DNA of 64,000 nucleotides from Candidatus Binatia bacterium (GTDB lineage Bacteria; Desulfobacterota; Binatia; HRBIN30). The translations under genes and the position numbers were made by a program. The first letter of the stretch is position 1. The number at the start of each line of letters is the position of its first letter. Below, in pieces: positions 39,008 to 48,792 of the stretch. The DNA lies in assembly GCA_050015455.1 (NCBI GenBank), contig JBEKBJ010000007.1, positions 11,876 to 75,875 of the forward strand, read 5' to 3'. Below the pieces are notes generated by a model, which saw only the letters and a list, made by a program, of their open reading frames with translations, did not search any database and was not told the DNA's origin.

Positions 39008-41287
39008 ATGGCACAAGGGTTGAGTTCGCCTCGTGTCGCTTGCCTCGTAAATCGGGTCGGCGCCGTTCTTTTGGTCACGGCCTTGTTGTTCCTTGATTGC
39101 GTGGTTACGAGCGGCTGCAGTTGGGCCCGCGTGAGGGCCGAGACGGGGGCGGGGCAGACCGCCACCACACAACCATCACAGCTCACGCTCGATGTCCAAG
39201 AGTCGCTGGGGCTGGCGCGGAGTCAATGGCCGATCACGGCGGGCGTGCCGTTCCCACAGGGGCTGGTGACGGACCCAGCGCGCCTCGTCGTTACGGACGA
39301 CAGCGGCCGCGCCACGCCGGTGCAAGCGCGCGTACTCAGCCGCTGGCAGGATGGCAGCGTACGCTGGGCGCTACTGGACTGGCAGACGGACCTGGAAGCG
39401 CGGCAGACACGGCGCTTTCGCGTTGCGCCGGGAGCGCCGGTCGCGACGACTCGCACCGTGAAGGTGCGCGAGCGCGACGACCGTATCGACGTGGACACCG
39501 GGCCACTGCAGTTCAGCGTGCCCAAGAACCGTTTTGCCTGGCTGCAGCAGGCGCGTTTGAACGGCGTCGATATGCTCAGTGGCCCCGTGGTGTCGTTCTT
39601 CAACAACATCGACGGAGGGCGGGTCGACGGGCAGATCCCGAGCGCCGTGACCGTCACGGAGGCGGGCCCCCTCCGCGTGCGCTTGGAGATCCACGGCCAC
39701 TACGGCGCGCGCTTTGATTACGTCATCCGCATAGATGCGTTCGCGAACCAACCGTTTCTGCGGGTGCTCCACAGTTTTGAGCAGCACAGCCCCGAAGCGT
39801 ACACCATGGTCCGCCAGATTGGCGTAACGGTGCCGCTCACCCTGCGCAACTTGCCATGGTACCGCGCCGGCCAGGAGGACGCACCGCAACTCTCTGGAAA
39901 GCTGGCGGCGGGAGGGTTCAGCCTGCTCCAGGAAGACAATGACCGTCTCGTGGTCGCTGGGGCGCGCCGCGCGGGCCATGCGGCCGGCTGGATTGATGCC
40001 GGCGACGAGAAGCACGGCGTCGCGATCGCAGCGCGGTCTTTCTGGCAGCAGTATCCGCAAAGCTTCCAGGCGCAAACGAGCGGCATCACGTACAATCTTT
40101 GGGCCCCGGAGGCACCGCCCGCGAAGGTCGGCATGGGCGTGGCCAAGACGCATGAGGTGCTGCTCTACTTCCACGACAGCAAGCCCCCGCCGCAGGTGAC
40201 GCTCACGGCACTCGTCGAACCGGTGCTGGCGTGGGTCGATCCGAACTGGACCGTCGCGAGCGGTGCGTTGCGTAACAGCATCGCGCCTTCGCCAACCACC
40301 AAAGGCTTTCTGCAGGATATCGACGCAGCCTACCGTCGCTACCTGAATCGCGCCGATAAGGAGCTGTGGGACGACAGCGGCGAGGTGCGCTGCCCCGATC
40401 CGATGCACGAGCGCCCGCGCCACGGCTTCTATGGCATGCTCAACTGGGGCGACTGGAACTATCCCGGTTACCACGACACCACGAAAGGTTGCGATGCTTG
40501 GGGCAATCTCGAGTACGACATGACCCAGGTCCTCGCTTTGGCATACGCCGCGACCGGTACGCGCGCGTATTACGAGGGTATGGTCGCCGCGGCGCGCCAT
40601 TTCATGGATGTGGATCGCATTCACTACCAGCACGAGCACCCGAACTGGATCGGCATGAATCACCCGAAGGCCCCTCTGCACTTCGCCTTCGAGCTGGGTG
40701 GAGTCGATCTGGGGCACACGTGGGTCGAGGGCCTGTTGTCTTACTACTACTTGACCGGCGACGAGCGCGCTCTGGAGGCGGCGCGCGGCATCGCCGATTA
40801 CCTGGTCAACCGGCTCCACGCCGGCATCGGCCGGGGTAACCCGCGACAATGGGGCTGGCCGCAAATCGCGTTGGTGGCCGCGTTTGAGGCAACGGGTGAC
40901 GTCAAGTACAGAAGCGGAGCGCAGGACTACGCGCGCAAAGGTATGGCGGCCCACGCTTCCGGCAAGACCAAAGATTGGAAGTTGGGGATTCTCGCAGAGG
41001 GCTTAGCGTACACCCACTCACTCACTCACGATGGCGCCATTCGGGATTGGTTGTCGCGCTACGCGGCGGCGAACTCGCGCCGCACGGCGATTGATCCCCG
41101 TTTCCTGCCGGCGGTGGCGTACGTCGCCCGCATCCAGAACCGCTCGGAATACGCACGCAGCGCGAGCGCTGGCCTGGCCGGCCTGAAGTTCGGCAACTGG
41201 GGCAAACCGTTCACCATCGCGGGCCGTATCGGGTTCAGCTTGCTGTCGCTGGCGCCGCAGGCGGCTGCAGCGCCAGCAGCTCCGTAA
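39008..41287 (+). CDS. Large secreted protein, YetA/exo-rhamnogalacturonan-lyase-like
   Basis: Signal/lipobox-like N-terminus; WPITAGVPFPQG, PVQARVLSRWQDGSVRWALLD, GMLNWGDW, WGNLEYD, ARHFMDVD. Confidence 0.65.
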   Translation: MAQGLSSPRVACLVNRVGAVLLVTALLFLDCVVTSGCSWARVRAETGAGQTATTQPSQLTLDVQESLGLARSQWPITAGVPFPQGLVTDPARLVVTDDSGRATPVQARVLSRWQDGSVRWALLDWQTDLEARQTRRFRVAPGAPVATTRTVKVRERDDRIDVDTGPLQFSVPKNRFAWLQQARLNGVDMLSGPVVSFFNNIDGGRVDGQIPSAVTVTEAGPLRVRLEIHGHYGARFDYVIRIDAFANQPFLRVLHSFEQHSPEAYTMVRQIGVTVPLTLRNLPWYRAGQEDAPQLSGKLAAGGFSLLQEDNDRLVVAGARRAGHAAGWIDAGDEKHGVAIAARSFWQQYPQSFQAQTSGITYNLWAPEAPPAKVGMGVAKTHEVLLYFHDSKPPPQVTLTALVEPVLAWVDPNWTVASGALRNSIAPSPTTKGFLQDIDAAYRRYLNRADKELWDDSGEVRCPDPMHERPRHGFYGMLNWGDWNYPGYHDTTKGCDAWGNLEYDMTQVLALAYAATGTRAYYEGMVAAARHFMDVDRIHYQHEHPNWIGMNHPKAPLHFAFELGGVDLGHTWVEGLLSYYYLTGDERALEAARGIADYLVNRLHAGIGRGNPRQWGWPQIALVAAFEATGDVKYRSGAQDYARKGMAAHASGKTKDWKLGILAEGLAYTHSLTHDGAIRDWLSRYAAANSRRTAIDPRFLPAVAYVARIQNRSEYARSASAGLAGLKFGNWGKPFTIAGRIGFSLLSLAPQAAAAPAAP

Positions 41288-41344
41288 CATTGGTCGAGGC
41301 CTTACTAGCGCTGCGGCGCGTGCGCATGTACATGGGAAGCTGTA

Positions 41345-42067
41345 ATGAAGACGGAAGCTCTCTGCGGCTGGCTTCTAACAATCGCTGCCGCCACTGTGTT
41401 GCTGGGTCATGTGTCCGCTGCACCGGCGCGGGTTACTCCAGCTGATCAAGCACCGCCATCATCCCACAGCACGCACGATGCCACTACTCATCATTCTTTC
41501 GAAGACGTCGAGCACTGGGTGTCCCTCTTCGACGACCCGGCACGCGATGCGTGGCAGAAGCCGGCGAACGTGGTGGAAGCGTTGCAGCTTCGTGCCGGCA
41601 TGTGCGTGGCTGATCTCGGTGCTGGCACCGGCTACTTCAGCCGTTACCTGGCGGCTGCCGTTGGCGAGGCCGGTACCGTGTTCGCAGTCGACACCGAGCC
41701 GGGCCTGGTCACGCACCTACGCGAGCGTGCCGAGCACGAGCACACGCCGAACGTCATCCCCATCCTGGCTTCGGCCGACAACCCACGCCTGCCGGTTGGC
41801 GCCGTCGATGTCGTGCTGATCGTCGACACCGTTCATCACATCGACGACCGCATCAACTACCTACGACGGCTGCGCCATGTTCTGAAGCCCGGCGGCCGGG
41901 TCGTGGTCATCGATTTCAAGAAGCAGGATATCCCGGTCGGTCCGCCGCCTGAGCACAAGCTGGCACGCGAGCAGATCGTCGACGAGCTCAGCGCCGCCGG
42001 TTATCAGCTGGTCAGTGAGCCTGGCATTCTGCCGTATCAGTACTTCCTGATCTTTCAGCCGTCGTGA
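41345..42067 (+). CDS. Class I SAM-dependent methyltransferase with predicted signal peptide
   Basis: RDAWQKP, VADLGAGTGYF, LKPGGRVVVIDF; hydrophobic N-terminus ending VSA-AP. Confidence 0.85.
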   Translation: MKTEALCGWLLTIAAATVLLGHVSAAPARVTPADQAPPSSHSTHDATTHHSFEDVEHWVSLFDDPARDAWQKPANVVEALQLRAGMCVADLGAGTGYFSRYLAAAVGEAGTVFAVDTEPGLVTHLRERAEHEHTPNVIPILASADNPRLPVGAVDVVLIVDTVHHIDDRINYLRRLRHVLKPGGRVVVIDFKKQDIPVGPPPEHKLAREQIVDELSAAGYQLVSEPGILPYQYFLIFQPS

Positions 42068-42425
42068 GCCGTGTCTTGACCAGGGCGGCGCCCCGATGCG
42101 GAGCGCGGCCCTGGCACCGACCAAGCATCCGTCAGAAAGTCACGGGTAAGGTGTGGATCGCGTGCAGCCCAGAACCTTCTTTCCATTCTTGCTTAGGCTC
42201 AAAAGTACACGTTCCACGACACCCCGGTTTCTATCCAGCTGTGATTGAAGTCGCGTAGGCCGGTAATGCCAGCTCTGATCGCCTGCTGCGGCGTGAGGGT
42301 GAGGCGGCCTTCGAGGCCGATGCGCGTTTCGGTGCTGACGTCGCCGAGGGAGAAGCGCGTGATGGCGGCGAAGACGTGCGTCTGGCGCGGCGCATCGCTA
42401 AGGCATGCGGTCTTGCACTATTAGG

Positions 42426-42562
42426 GTGTATCGTCCCGATCCGAACTTGTGGCAAGATTACCGCATCCGGAGGCAGAGGAAATGAAGACGTGCTACTTCT
42501 GCAAGGGCCGGCTTCCGCAGGTGCTGCATTTGCAGTGCTCACGTAGAGCATCAGCGTGGTGA
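42426..42562 (+). pseudogene. Remnant of a DUF4258-YgiT(MqsA)-type toxin/antitoxin pair
   Basis: VYRPDPNLWQDYRIRRQRK* (DUF4258-like C-terminus) ATGA-coupled to MKTCYFCKG, which is truncated after 26 aa. Confidence 0.55.
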
Positions 42563-42817
42563 ACTCCAACCAGTTCAGTACCGGCCGCTCCAACCTGATA
42601 TCCGACTAAAGTGATCAAGATAGCATCAAGCCCGAGCCGCATTCCCTACGGCACTCTTCTCAGCCGCCAGGATGACGATCCCGGCAACCATGACCACACC
42701 GCCGGTCCGGAAGCGTCGTGGCCTTCTGAGGTCCGTTGGTGCCATTTGCCAGCTCAATGGCTGATCACCACCATTGACACCGTCGGGCCTGGGGCGTAGC
42801 GGGAGAGTTACGATTCT

Positions 42818-45800
42818 ATGGACTCGACCGCGCTCGCAACGAGACGCGCGGTGTTGCTAGGCGTCGCCTGCCTGGGTGTATCCGCGTTTGTCACACAGAT
42901 GGTGACGGTACGCGAGTTCCTGAGCCTGTTCTCCGGGAACGAGCTGATGCTCGGCCTTACGCTCGGCAACTGGTTATTGCTGACCGGTCTTGGCGGCGTG
43001 CTCGGCCGCTCCGCCGGCCGCATTCGCGACCCGATCCGCGCCCTGCTCCTCGCGCAGGTCGGTATCGCGCTACTGCCGGCGGCCCAGATCGCCGGGATCA
43101 GGATGACGAAACAGCTGCTTCCCGTGGGTCTGATGGTCGGGATCGGCGAGGCCTTCTGCGCCTCATTCGTCGTGCTGGTACCGTACTGCCTGCTCTCCGG
43201 ATTCCTGCTGGCCGTGTTCTCCGGCCTGGCATCGGCGCGCCGTGACTGGCGGCAGATCGGCGACGTCTACGCGCTCGACGCACTCGGCGGGATCGTCGGC
43301 GGCCTCCTGTTTTCGCTGTGTCTCGTCCGTTTCTTCGCGCCGTTTGAGATCGCAACGTTTCTCCTGGCTCTGAACCTGCTCGCGGCGGCCTGGCTGGCTC
43401 ACGCCACGGGCCGCCGGGTGATGCGCGCATCGGTCGTCGCCGTACTGTTGATCACGCTCGTGTTTCTCGGGCGCACCGACCTCGAACGCCGAACCGGCCA
43501 GGCCATGTTCCCGGGCCTGGACGTCGTACACGAGGAGTCGACACCGTATGGAAACGTTGCGGTCACACGTCAGGGCACACAATTCACCGTCTATGAGAAC
43601 GGCATCCCGGTCGGTGCGACGGAAGATGCCGCGGCTGCCGAGGAGGTCGTTCACTACGCATTAGTCCAGCATCCGGAGCCGCGAGAAGTTCTGCTCGTTG
43701 GCGGCGGTCTGGTCGGCGCCGAGCACGAGGTGGAGAAGTATCCAGTCGTGCGCATCGACTACGTTGAATTGGACCCGGCCGTCTTGCGCATCGCAGAGGC
43801 GCTCGCCGGAATGGGGAGCGATTCGCGCGTGCACGCGATCGCCGCCGATGCGCGCCGCTACGTGCAGACCATGCACGGCGCGTACGACGCGATCCTCATG
43901 GCTGTGCCGGATCCCTCGTCGGCGCAGCTCAACCGCTTTTACACCGTCGAGTTCTTCGCTGCGGTGCGCCGCGCGTTGCGTGCGGGCGGCGTGTTCAGCC
44001 TCGGCCTGAGCGGCGCCGAGAACTATGCCAACCCGGAGATCCGGCTCCTGGCCGCCGCGGTGTATCGCTCGCTGGTCTCGGTGTTTCCCAACGTGCTCGT
44101 CATCCCGGGCGCCCGGCAGTACTTCGTCGCCTCCGAGCGACCCCTCGGGTACGACATCGCCGCACGGCTGGAGGCAAGACATATCGCGACACGATATGTA
44201 CGCCGCGAATACCTGACCGCGAAGCTGACCGCGGACCGTCTGGCCGCGGCGCGCACGATGGTGACGTATCGCACGGAGGAGAATCATGACTTCCGTCCGC
44301 TCAGCTACTACGTCTACCTGCGGTATTGGCTGAGCCAGTTCGGCGGCGGGCTGCTGCTGCCGATATGCCTGGTTGCGGCGTTGCTGGCGCTCATCGGCGG
44401 CCTGCTCGTTGGCTCGGTCACGCGCGCGGCGCCGGCGGCTATTTGCGCCAGCGGCTTTGCCGGCATGGGGCTAGAAATCGTTCTGCTCATCGCCTTTCAG
44501 GCCATCTACGGCTACGTCTACCAGCAGATCGGCCTCATCGTCACGGGCTTTATGGCTGGTGCGGCTGCGGGCGCGGCGTGGTCCGGCCGGAGGCGTATAG
44601 GTGCTGCATCACTGCTGTTCCGTTTAGACGCGCTGTTGAGCACGGCCGGGTTCCTGTTGATACCGCTGCTGCGGTCATTGGGTGCGACGGACAACGCCAT
44701 CGTGCAAGCGGTGGCCCCACCGGTGATCTTCCCGCTGCTCAACGGCGTGATTGGGTTTCTGGTCGGCGCGCAGTTCCCTCCGGCGGCGCGTGTCATGTTC
44801 CGTACGGTCGAGGAGACCGCCGGCAACCTGTACGCGTTTGACCTGCTCGGTGCATGCCTTGGGGCGCTCATCGTCAGCACGTTTTGCGTCCCACTGATGG
44901 GAATCAGCGCGACATGCGCGCTGCTCGGCGGTGTAAAGCTCCTCAGTGCCGCGATGTTACGCCGGAGCACTGTGGCGATCGACGTTCCGTTTCCTCGGCC
45001 CCTTCCCGCCCGCGGCGCGGCGTTCGCCTTCGCCTTTCCTCTGCTCATTCTCGCCGGCATCGGCACGGTGATTGTCGCTGAGGAAACCAGCGGCGGAGTG
45101 TACGCCGTGTCGTTCGCACCGGCTTACTACTGGGCGCTGGTGGCCCTGCTCGCGCTGGGCATCGTCCGCGCCGTTGGGCTGCAGGGCGAGCCCTTGGGCG
45201 GGCTCCGCGGGTGGCCCTCGACGCTGGGCAGAATCCGCTCGGCGGTCCAGCGCTTCGGCCGGACCATCTATGAATCCACCAAGGTCAGCGTCTTGCGGTG
45301 GGTGTACTTCCTGAGCTTCTCCCTCGCCGTCAGCTACCCGGTCTTCCGCTGCTACTTCAGCGTGCCGTATCTCTTCTGCCATGTCTGCCCGCGCAAGTGC
45401 ATCTTCGGTTTTCTGCGGCCGTACCTAGTGCCGGCGGTCTTGATCATGAACCTCAAGAGGCGATTCTGGTGCTACCAGGCCTGTCCGATCGGCACTCTCA
45501 GTGACTGTCAGGCGCGCGTGTGTAAGGCCTCGCGGCGCGTGCCGGCGCGCTTGCGGGCCGTGTCTTTCGCCGTGCTGGGTTTCACGGCGGTTGCCTACTT
45601 CAAGATCATGTGGGATCTCGATCACCAACCGGCCGTCGCGCTCGACTGGTACACGTTCTTCTACAACAACCTGTTTGCGGTGAGCGCCGGAGTCATCGGC
45701 GTCGCGGTCGCACTGATCATGCTCGGCTACCGCCTGCGCCGCAGCTTCTGCGAGATTCTGTGCCCAGTGGGGGCCTTTTCCGATCTGCTGCTGCGAGGCG

Positions 45801-45862
45801 AACGCGCCTTACCAGGTACGGCTGCACCGGCCCCTGCCGAGGCGGCGGAGCGAGGCCGATGA
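42818..45862 (+). CDS. Polytopic membrane protein: spermidine-synthase-like SAM domain fused to a C-terminal NapH/MauN-like (Fer4_5) Cys-motif domain
   Basis: REFLSLFSGNEL, STPYGNV, VLLVGGG, VELDP, DARRYV, PDP..NRFYTVEFF; C-terminal CHVCPRKC, WCYQACPIG, FCEILCPVG. Confidence 0.8.
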   Translation: MDSTALATRRAVLLGVACLGVSAFVTQMVTVREFLSLFSGNELMLGLTLGNWLLLTGLGGVLGRSAGRIRDPIRALLLAQVGIALLPAAQIAGIRMTKQLLPVGLMVGIGEAFCASFVVLVPYCLLSGFLLAVFSGLASARRDWRQIGDVYALDALGGIVGGLLFSLCLVRFFAPFEIATFLLALNLLAAAWLAHATGRRVMRASVVAVLLITLVFLGRTDLERRTGQAMFPGLDVVHEESTPYGNVAVTRQGTQFTVYENGIPVGATEDAAAAEEVVHYALVQHPEPREVLLVGGGLVGAEHEVEKYPVVRIDYVELDPAVLRIAEALAGMGSDSRVHAIAADARRYVQTMHGAYDAILMAVPDPSSAQLNRFYTVEFFAAVRRALRAGGVFSLGLSGAENYANPEIRLLAAAVYRSLVSVFPNVLVIPGARQYFVASERPLGYDIAARLEARHIATRYVRREYLTAKLTADRLAAARTMVTYRTEENHDFRPLSYYVYLRYWLSQFGGGLLLPICLVAALLALIGGLLVGSVTRAAPAAICASGFAGMGLEIVLLIAFQAIYGYVYQQIGLIVTGFMAGAAAGAAWSGRRRIGAASLLFRLDALLSTAGFLLIPLLRSLGATDNAIVQAVAPPVIFPLLNGVIGFLVGAQFPPAARVMFRTVEETAGNLYAFDLLGACLGALIVSTFCVPLMGISATCALLGGVKLLSAAMLRRSTVAIDVPFPRPLPARGAAFAFAFPLLILAGIGTVIVAEETSGGVYAVSFAPAYYWALVALLALGIVRAVGLQGEPLGGLRGWPSTLGRIRSAVQRFGRTIYESTKVSVLRWVYFLSFSLAVSYPVFRCYFSVPYLFCHVCPRKCIFGFLRPYLVPAVLIMNLKRRFWCYQACPIGTLSDCQARVCKASRRVPARLRAVSFAVLGFTAVAYFKIMWDLDHQPAVALDWYTFFYNNLFAVSAGVIGVAVALIMLGYRLRRSFCEILCPVGAFSDLLLRGERALPGTAAPAPAEAAERGR

Positions 45863-47028
45863 GCGAGCCACAGCTCGACCGGCGGTTGTTCCTCAAGCGA
45901 GCCATCATGGCGGGGGCCGGACTGGCTTGGGGTGCCTACACCGTTCCCAGTTTGCTGCGCCAGAGCCCGAGCGCGGGGTTGCGCGTGGGATTCCCGAACG
46001 ACGCGCCGGCGAAACTCTGGCGGTGGTCGCGCGAGGCGGAGTGGTACGAAGCCCAGCGCGGGTTGGTGAGATGCGTGCTCTGCCCGCACGAGTGCATCCT
46101 GGGCGAGAACGACCGTGGGTTCTGCCGCACGCGCGTCGTTAAGAACGGCACGCTTTATACCGTCGCCTACGGCAACCCATGCACCCTCCACATCGATCCG
46201 GTGGAGAAGAAGCCCCTGTATCATTTCCTGCCCGGGACGCCGATTTTTTCGGTCGCCACTGCGGGCTGCAACCTGCGCTGCCTCAACTGCCAGAACTGGG
46301 AGATCTCACAGGTTAAGCCGGAGAAGACGGACAACGCTGATCTGTTGCCGGAACGCCTGGTGCAGGCCGTCGCCCAGCGGAACCTCCACCTGATCGCCTA
46401 CACGTACTCCGAGCCGATCGTTTTCTACGAATATGTCCGTGACACCGCGGCGCTGGCGCGTGCGCGCGGCATCCGCAACGTCCTCGTCACCGCCGGTTAT
46501 ATTTCAGAAAAGCCGTTGCGCGAGCTGTGCCGGGTCATCGACGCCGCCACGCTCGATGTGAAGGGGTTTGACGACGGTTTGTACAAGAAAGTCACTGGAG
46601 CGAAGCGCGACCCCATCCTGCGGGGGCTCGAGGTGATGCGTGAGGAAGGTCTGTGGCTCGAGGTCAGTCGGCTCGTTGTGCCGACGTATTCAGATGATCG
46701 GGACGATATCCGCGACCTCTGCCGCTGGGTGGTGCGCGCGCTCGGTCCTGGAACCCCGCTGCACTTCTTGCGGTTCCAACCCGCCTACCGGCTGAACGGG
46801 CTGCCGCCGACCCCCGTGCAGGTACTGGACGATGCGCGCCAGATCGCTCTGGACGCCGGTCTGCAGTTTGTCTTCGTCGGCAACGTTCCCGGGCATGCTG
46901 GCGAGAATACCGTCTGTCCGCGTTGCGGGCGCACGGTCATCGAGCGCCGCGGGTTCAGCGTTACGATCAACCAGCTCGACAACGGCTGCTGTCCGTGCGG
47001 CGAAAGGATTCCTGGAGTGTGGGCATGA
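45859..47028 (+). CDS. amrS: AmmeMemoRadiSam system radical SAM enzyme with twin-arginine signal
   Basis: DRRLFLK Tat motif; CVLCPHEC, DPVEKKPLYHFLPG, GCNLRCLNCQN, AYTYSEP, PLHFLRF; ATGA overlap. Confidence 0.9.
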   Translation: MSEPQLDRRLFLKRAIMAGAGLAWGAYTVPSLLRQSPSAGLRVGFPNDAPAKLWRWSREAEWYEAQRGLVRCVLCPHECILGENDRGFCRTRVVKNGTLYTVAYGNPCTLHIDPVEKKPLYHFLPGTPIFSVATAGCNLRCLNCQNWEISQVKPEKTDNADLLPERLVQAVAQRNLHLIAYTYSEPIVFYEYVRDTAALARARGIRNVLVTAGYISEKPLRELCRVIDAATLDVKGFDDGLYKKVTGAKRDPILRGLEVMREEGLWLEVSRLVVPTYSDDRDDIRDLCRWVVRALGPGTPLHFLRFQPAYRLNGLPPTPVQVLDDARQIALDAGLQFVFVGNVPGHAGENTVCPRCGRTVIERRGFSVTINQLDNGCCPCGERIPGVWA

Positions 47029-48623
47029 GTGAACATCGCAGCGGCACGAGTGAGGGGGCGCGTCGGCGACTCTCTCGCCTCCTCATCGAATTGGCGGTAA
47101 TGATTGTTCTCTGCGCCTCGGTGGCCCTTCTGATCTGGCGCGGCAAAGGAGGTGACGCGGCGCTCGTCGGGAAACCTGCCGCGCCGCTGGAGGTGCTCGC
47201 CGGCCCGCCGCGGGTGCGCACGCCGGCGGTCGCGGGGCAGTTCTATCCGTCCGATCCGGGAGAGCTGTTCAATGAGGTGACGCGCCTTCTCGCGTCGTCG
47301 CCGGCAATCGGCCTCGGGAGAGTGCACGCTATCCTCGTTCCGCACGCCGGCTATGCCTTCAGCGCGACGGTTGCCGCGGCGTCCTTCCGCGAGCTGGATC
47401 GGAACTTCCGGCGTGTCTTTATTCTGGCGTCCAACCACAATGGCGCCGTGAACTTCGCGGGGGTCTCGCTTCCCGATGAGACGCGCTACGCCATTCCGGG
47501 CGCCGAGATCCCGCTCTCTGCAGTGCTCAACGATCTGCGTGACCCGACGCTCTTCGTTCACGAGCCCCTGGCGCACGTGATGCACATGGTCGAGGTGGAG
47601 CTGCCGTTTCTGCACCAATTGCGCGGGCGGCCGAAAGCGGCGGATTACGCGATCGTGCCGATGATTCTCGGCCGCATGGACACCAACGCAATAGACCGCC
47701 TGGCCGCCATCCTTGACGGCTACGCCGACCCCACCACGGTCTTCGTCTTCAGTGTCGACCTGTCCCATTACTATCCTGACCAGACGGCGCGCCAACTGGA
47801 CCAGTACACCGTCGATGCCCTGATGGCCCGTGATCGCTCGGCGATCAGAAGGGCCATTACCGACGGCGACCAAGTTCTCGACACGATGCTGGCCCTGGTC
47901 CAGCGGCGGGGGTGGCAGCCGACATTTTTGATGGCGCGCAACTCGGGGGACGCCACCGGTGAAAAAGACCACGTCGTCGGCTACGCTGCCATCGCCTTCC
48001 ACGAACCGTTTTCCCTGAGCGAGGCGGAGAAGCGCGATTTGCTGGCCTTCGCGCGCACGCGAGTGGAGGAGCAGGTACGGCACGGACGCGTGCCGGAGCC
48101 GGACGGCGCGTGGCTCGATCAGCATCCGATCTTTCGCATTCCCCGCGGCGTCTTCGTTACGCTCGAGAAGAAAGGGCATCTCCGTGGGTGTGTCGGAGAC
48201 CTTATGCCCTCCAAACCCCTGTACCTCGGCGTCCAGGAGTCAGCGGTCAACGCTGCGGTGAATGACCATCGGTTCCAGCCGGTGACCGAAGATGAGCTGC
48301 GCGACCTTTCCATCTCGCTCTCTGTCTTGGATTATCCCGCGCGCGTGTATGTGAGCCGGCCGGAGGAATACCTAGAAGTCCTCAAGCCGGGGAAAGACGG
48401 CGTGATCCTCGACTACAACGGCAGGCGATCGACGTTTCTGCCGCAGGTCTGGCGCGACCTACCCAAGCCGGAGGATTTCCTGTCGAGCCTTGCCCTCAAG
48501 CAGGGTTCGCCCGCCGACGCCTGGCGGTCTCCGTCCGCCATCCTTTACAGGTACGAGGCCTACGCCTTCGGGGAGGACTCGATCGTGCATGCGACGGGGC
48601 AGCCGAACTCAGCCTTGAAGTGA
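47025..48623 (+). CDS. Membrane-anchored MEMO1 (AmrB)-AMMECR1 (AmrA) fusion
   Basis: N-terminal TM; RTPAVAGQFYP, PHAGY, DLSHY, VVGY (MEMO); GVFVTL, LRGCVG, TFLPQV (AMMECR1); ATGA overlap. Confidence 0.9.
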   Translation: MSEHRSGTSEGARRRLSRLLIELAVMIVLCASVALLIWRGKGGDAALVGKPAAPLEVLAGPPRVRTPAVAGQFYPSDPGELFNEVTRLLASSPAIGLGRVHAILVPHAGYAFSATVAAASFRELDRNFRRVFILASNHNGAVNFAGVSLPDETRYAIPGAEIPLSAVLNDLRDPTLFVHEPLAHVMHMVEVELPFLHQLRGRPKAADYAIVPMILGRMDTNAIDRLAAILDGYADPTTVFVFSVDLSHYYPDQTARQLDQYTVDALMARDRSAIRRAITDGDQVLDTMLALVQRRGWQPTFLMARNSGDATGEKDHVVGYAAIAFHEPFSLSEAEKRDLLAFARTRVEEQVRHGRVPEPDGAWLDQHPIFRIPRGVFVTLEKKGHLRGCVGDLMPSKPLYLGVQESAVNAAVNDHRFQPVTEDELRDLSISLSVLDYPARVYVSRPEEYLEVLKPGKDGVILDYNGRRSTFLPQVWRDLPKPEDFLSSLALKQGSPADAWRSPSAILYRYEAYAFGEDSIVHATGQPNSALK

Positions 48624-48792
48624 CAAAAACTACGCCGCGTTCAGCCGCGTTCAGTAGCCGATCGAGACGGTTGGCCGCATAGCGCATCGTCGGCACGCTG
48701 GCCAACCGCAGTCGAACACGAAACGACCATCCCTCCGGCGCGCGCCGGCACCGCACGTAGATCGGCAGGACGGTTGGGTGTAAGCTGACAAG

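Noticed and set aside
48660-48716. CGGTTGGCC/GGCCAACCG inverted repeat after the AmmeMemoRadiSam operon
   Set aside because: Short GC-rich stem with a long loop and no U-tract; cannot be distinguished from chance.
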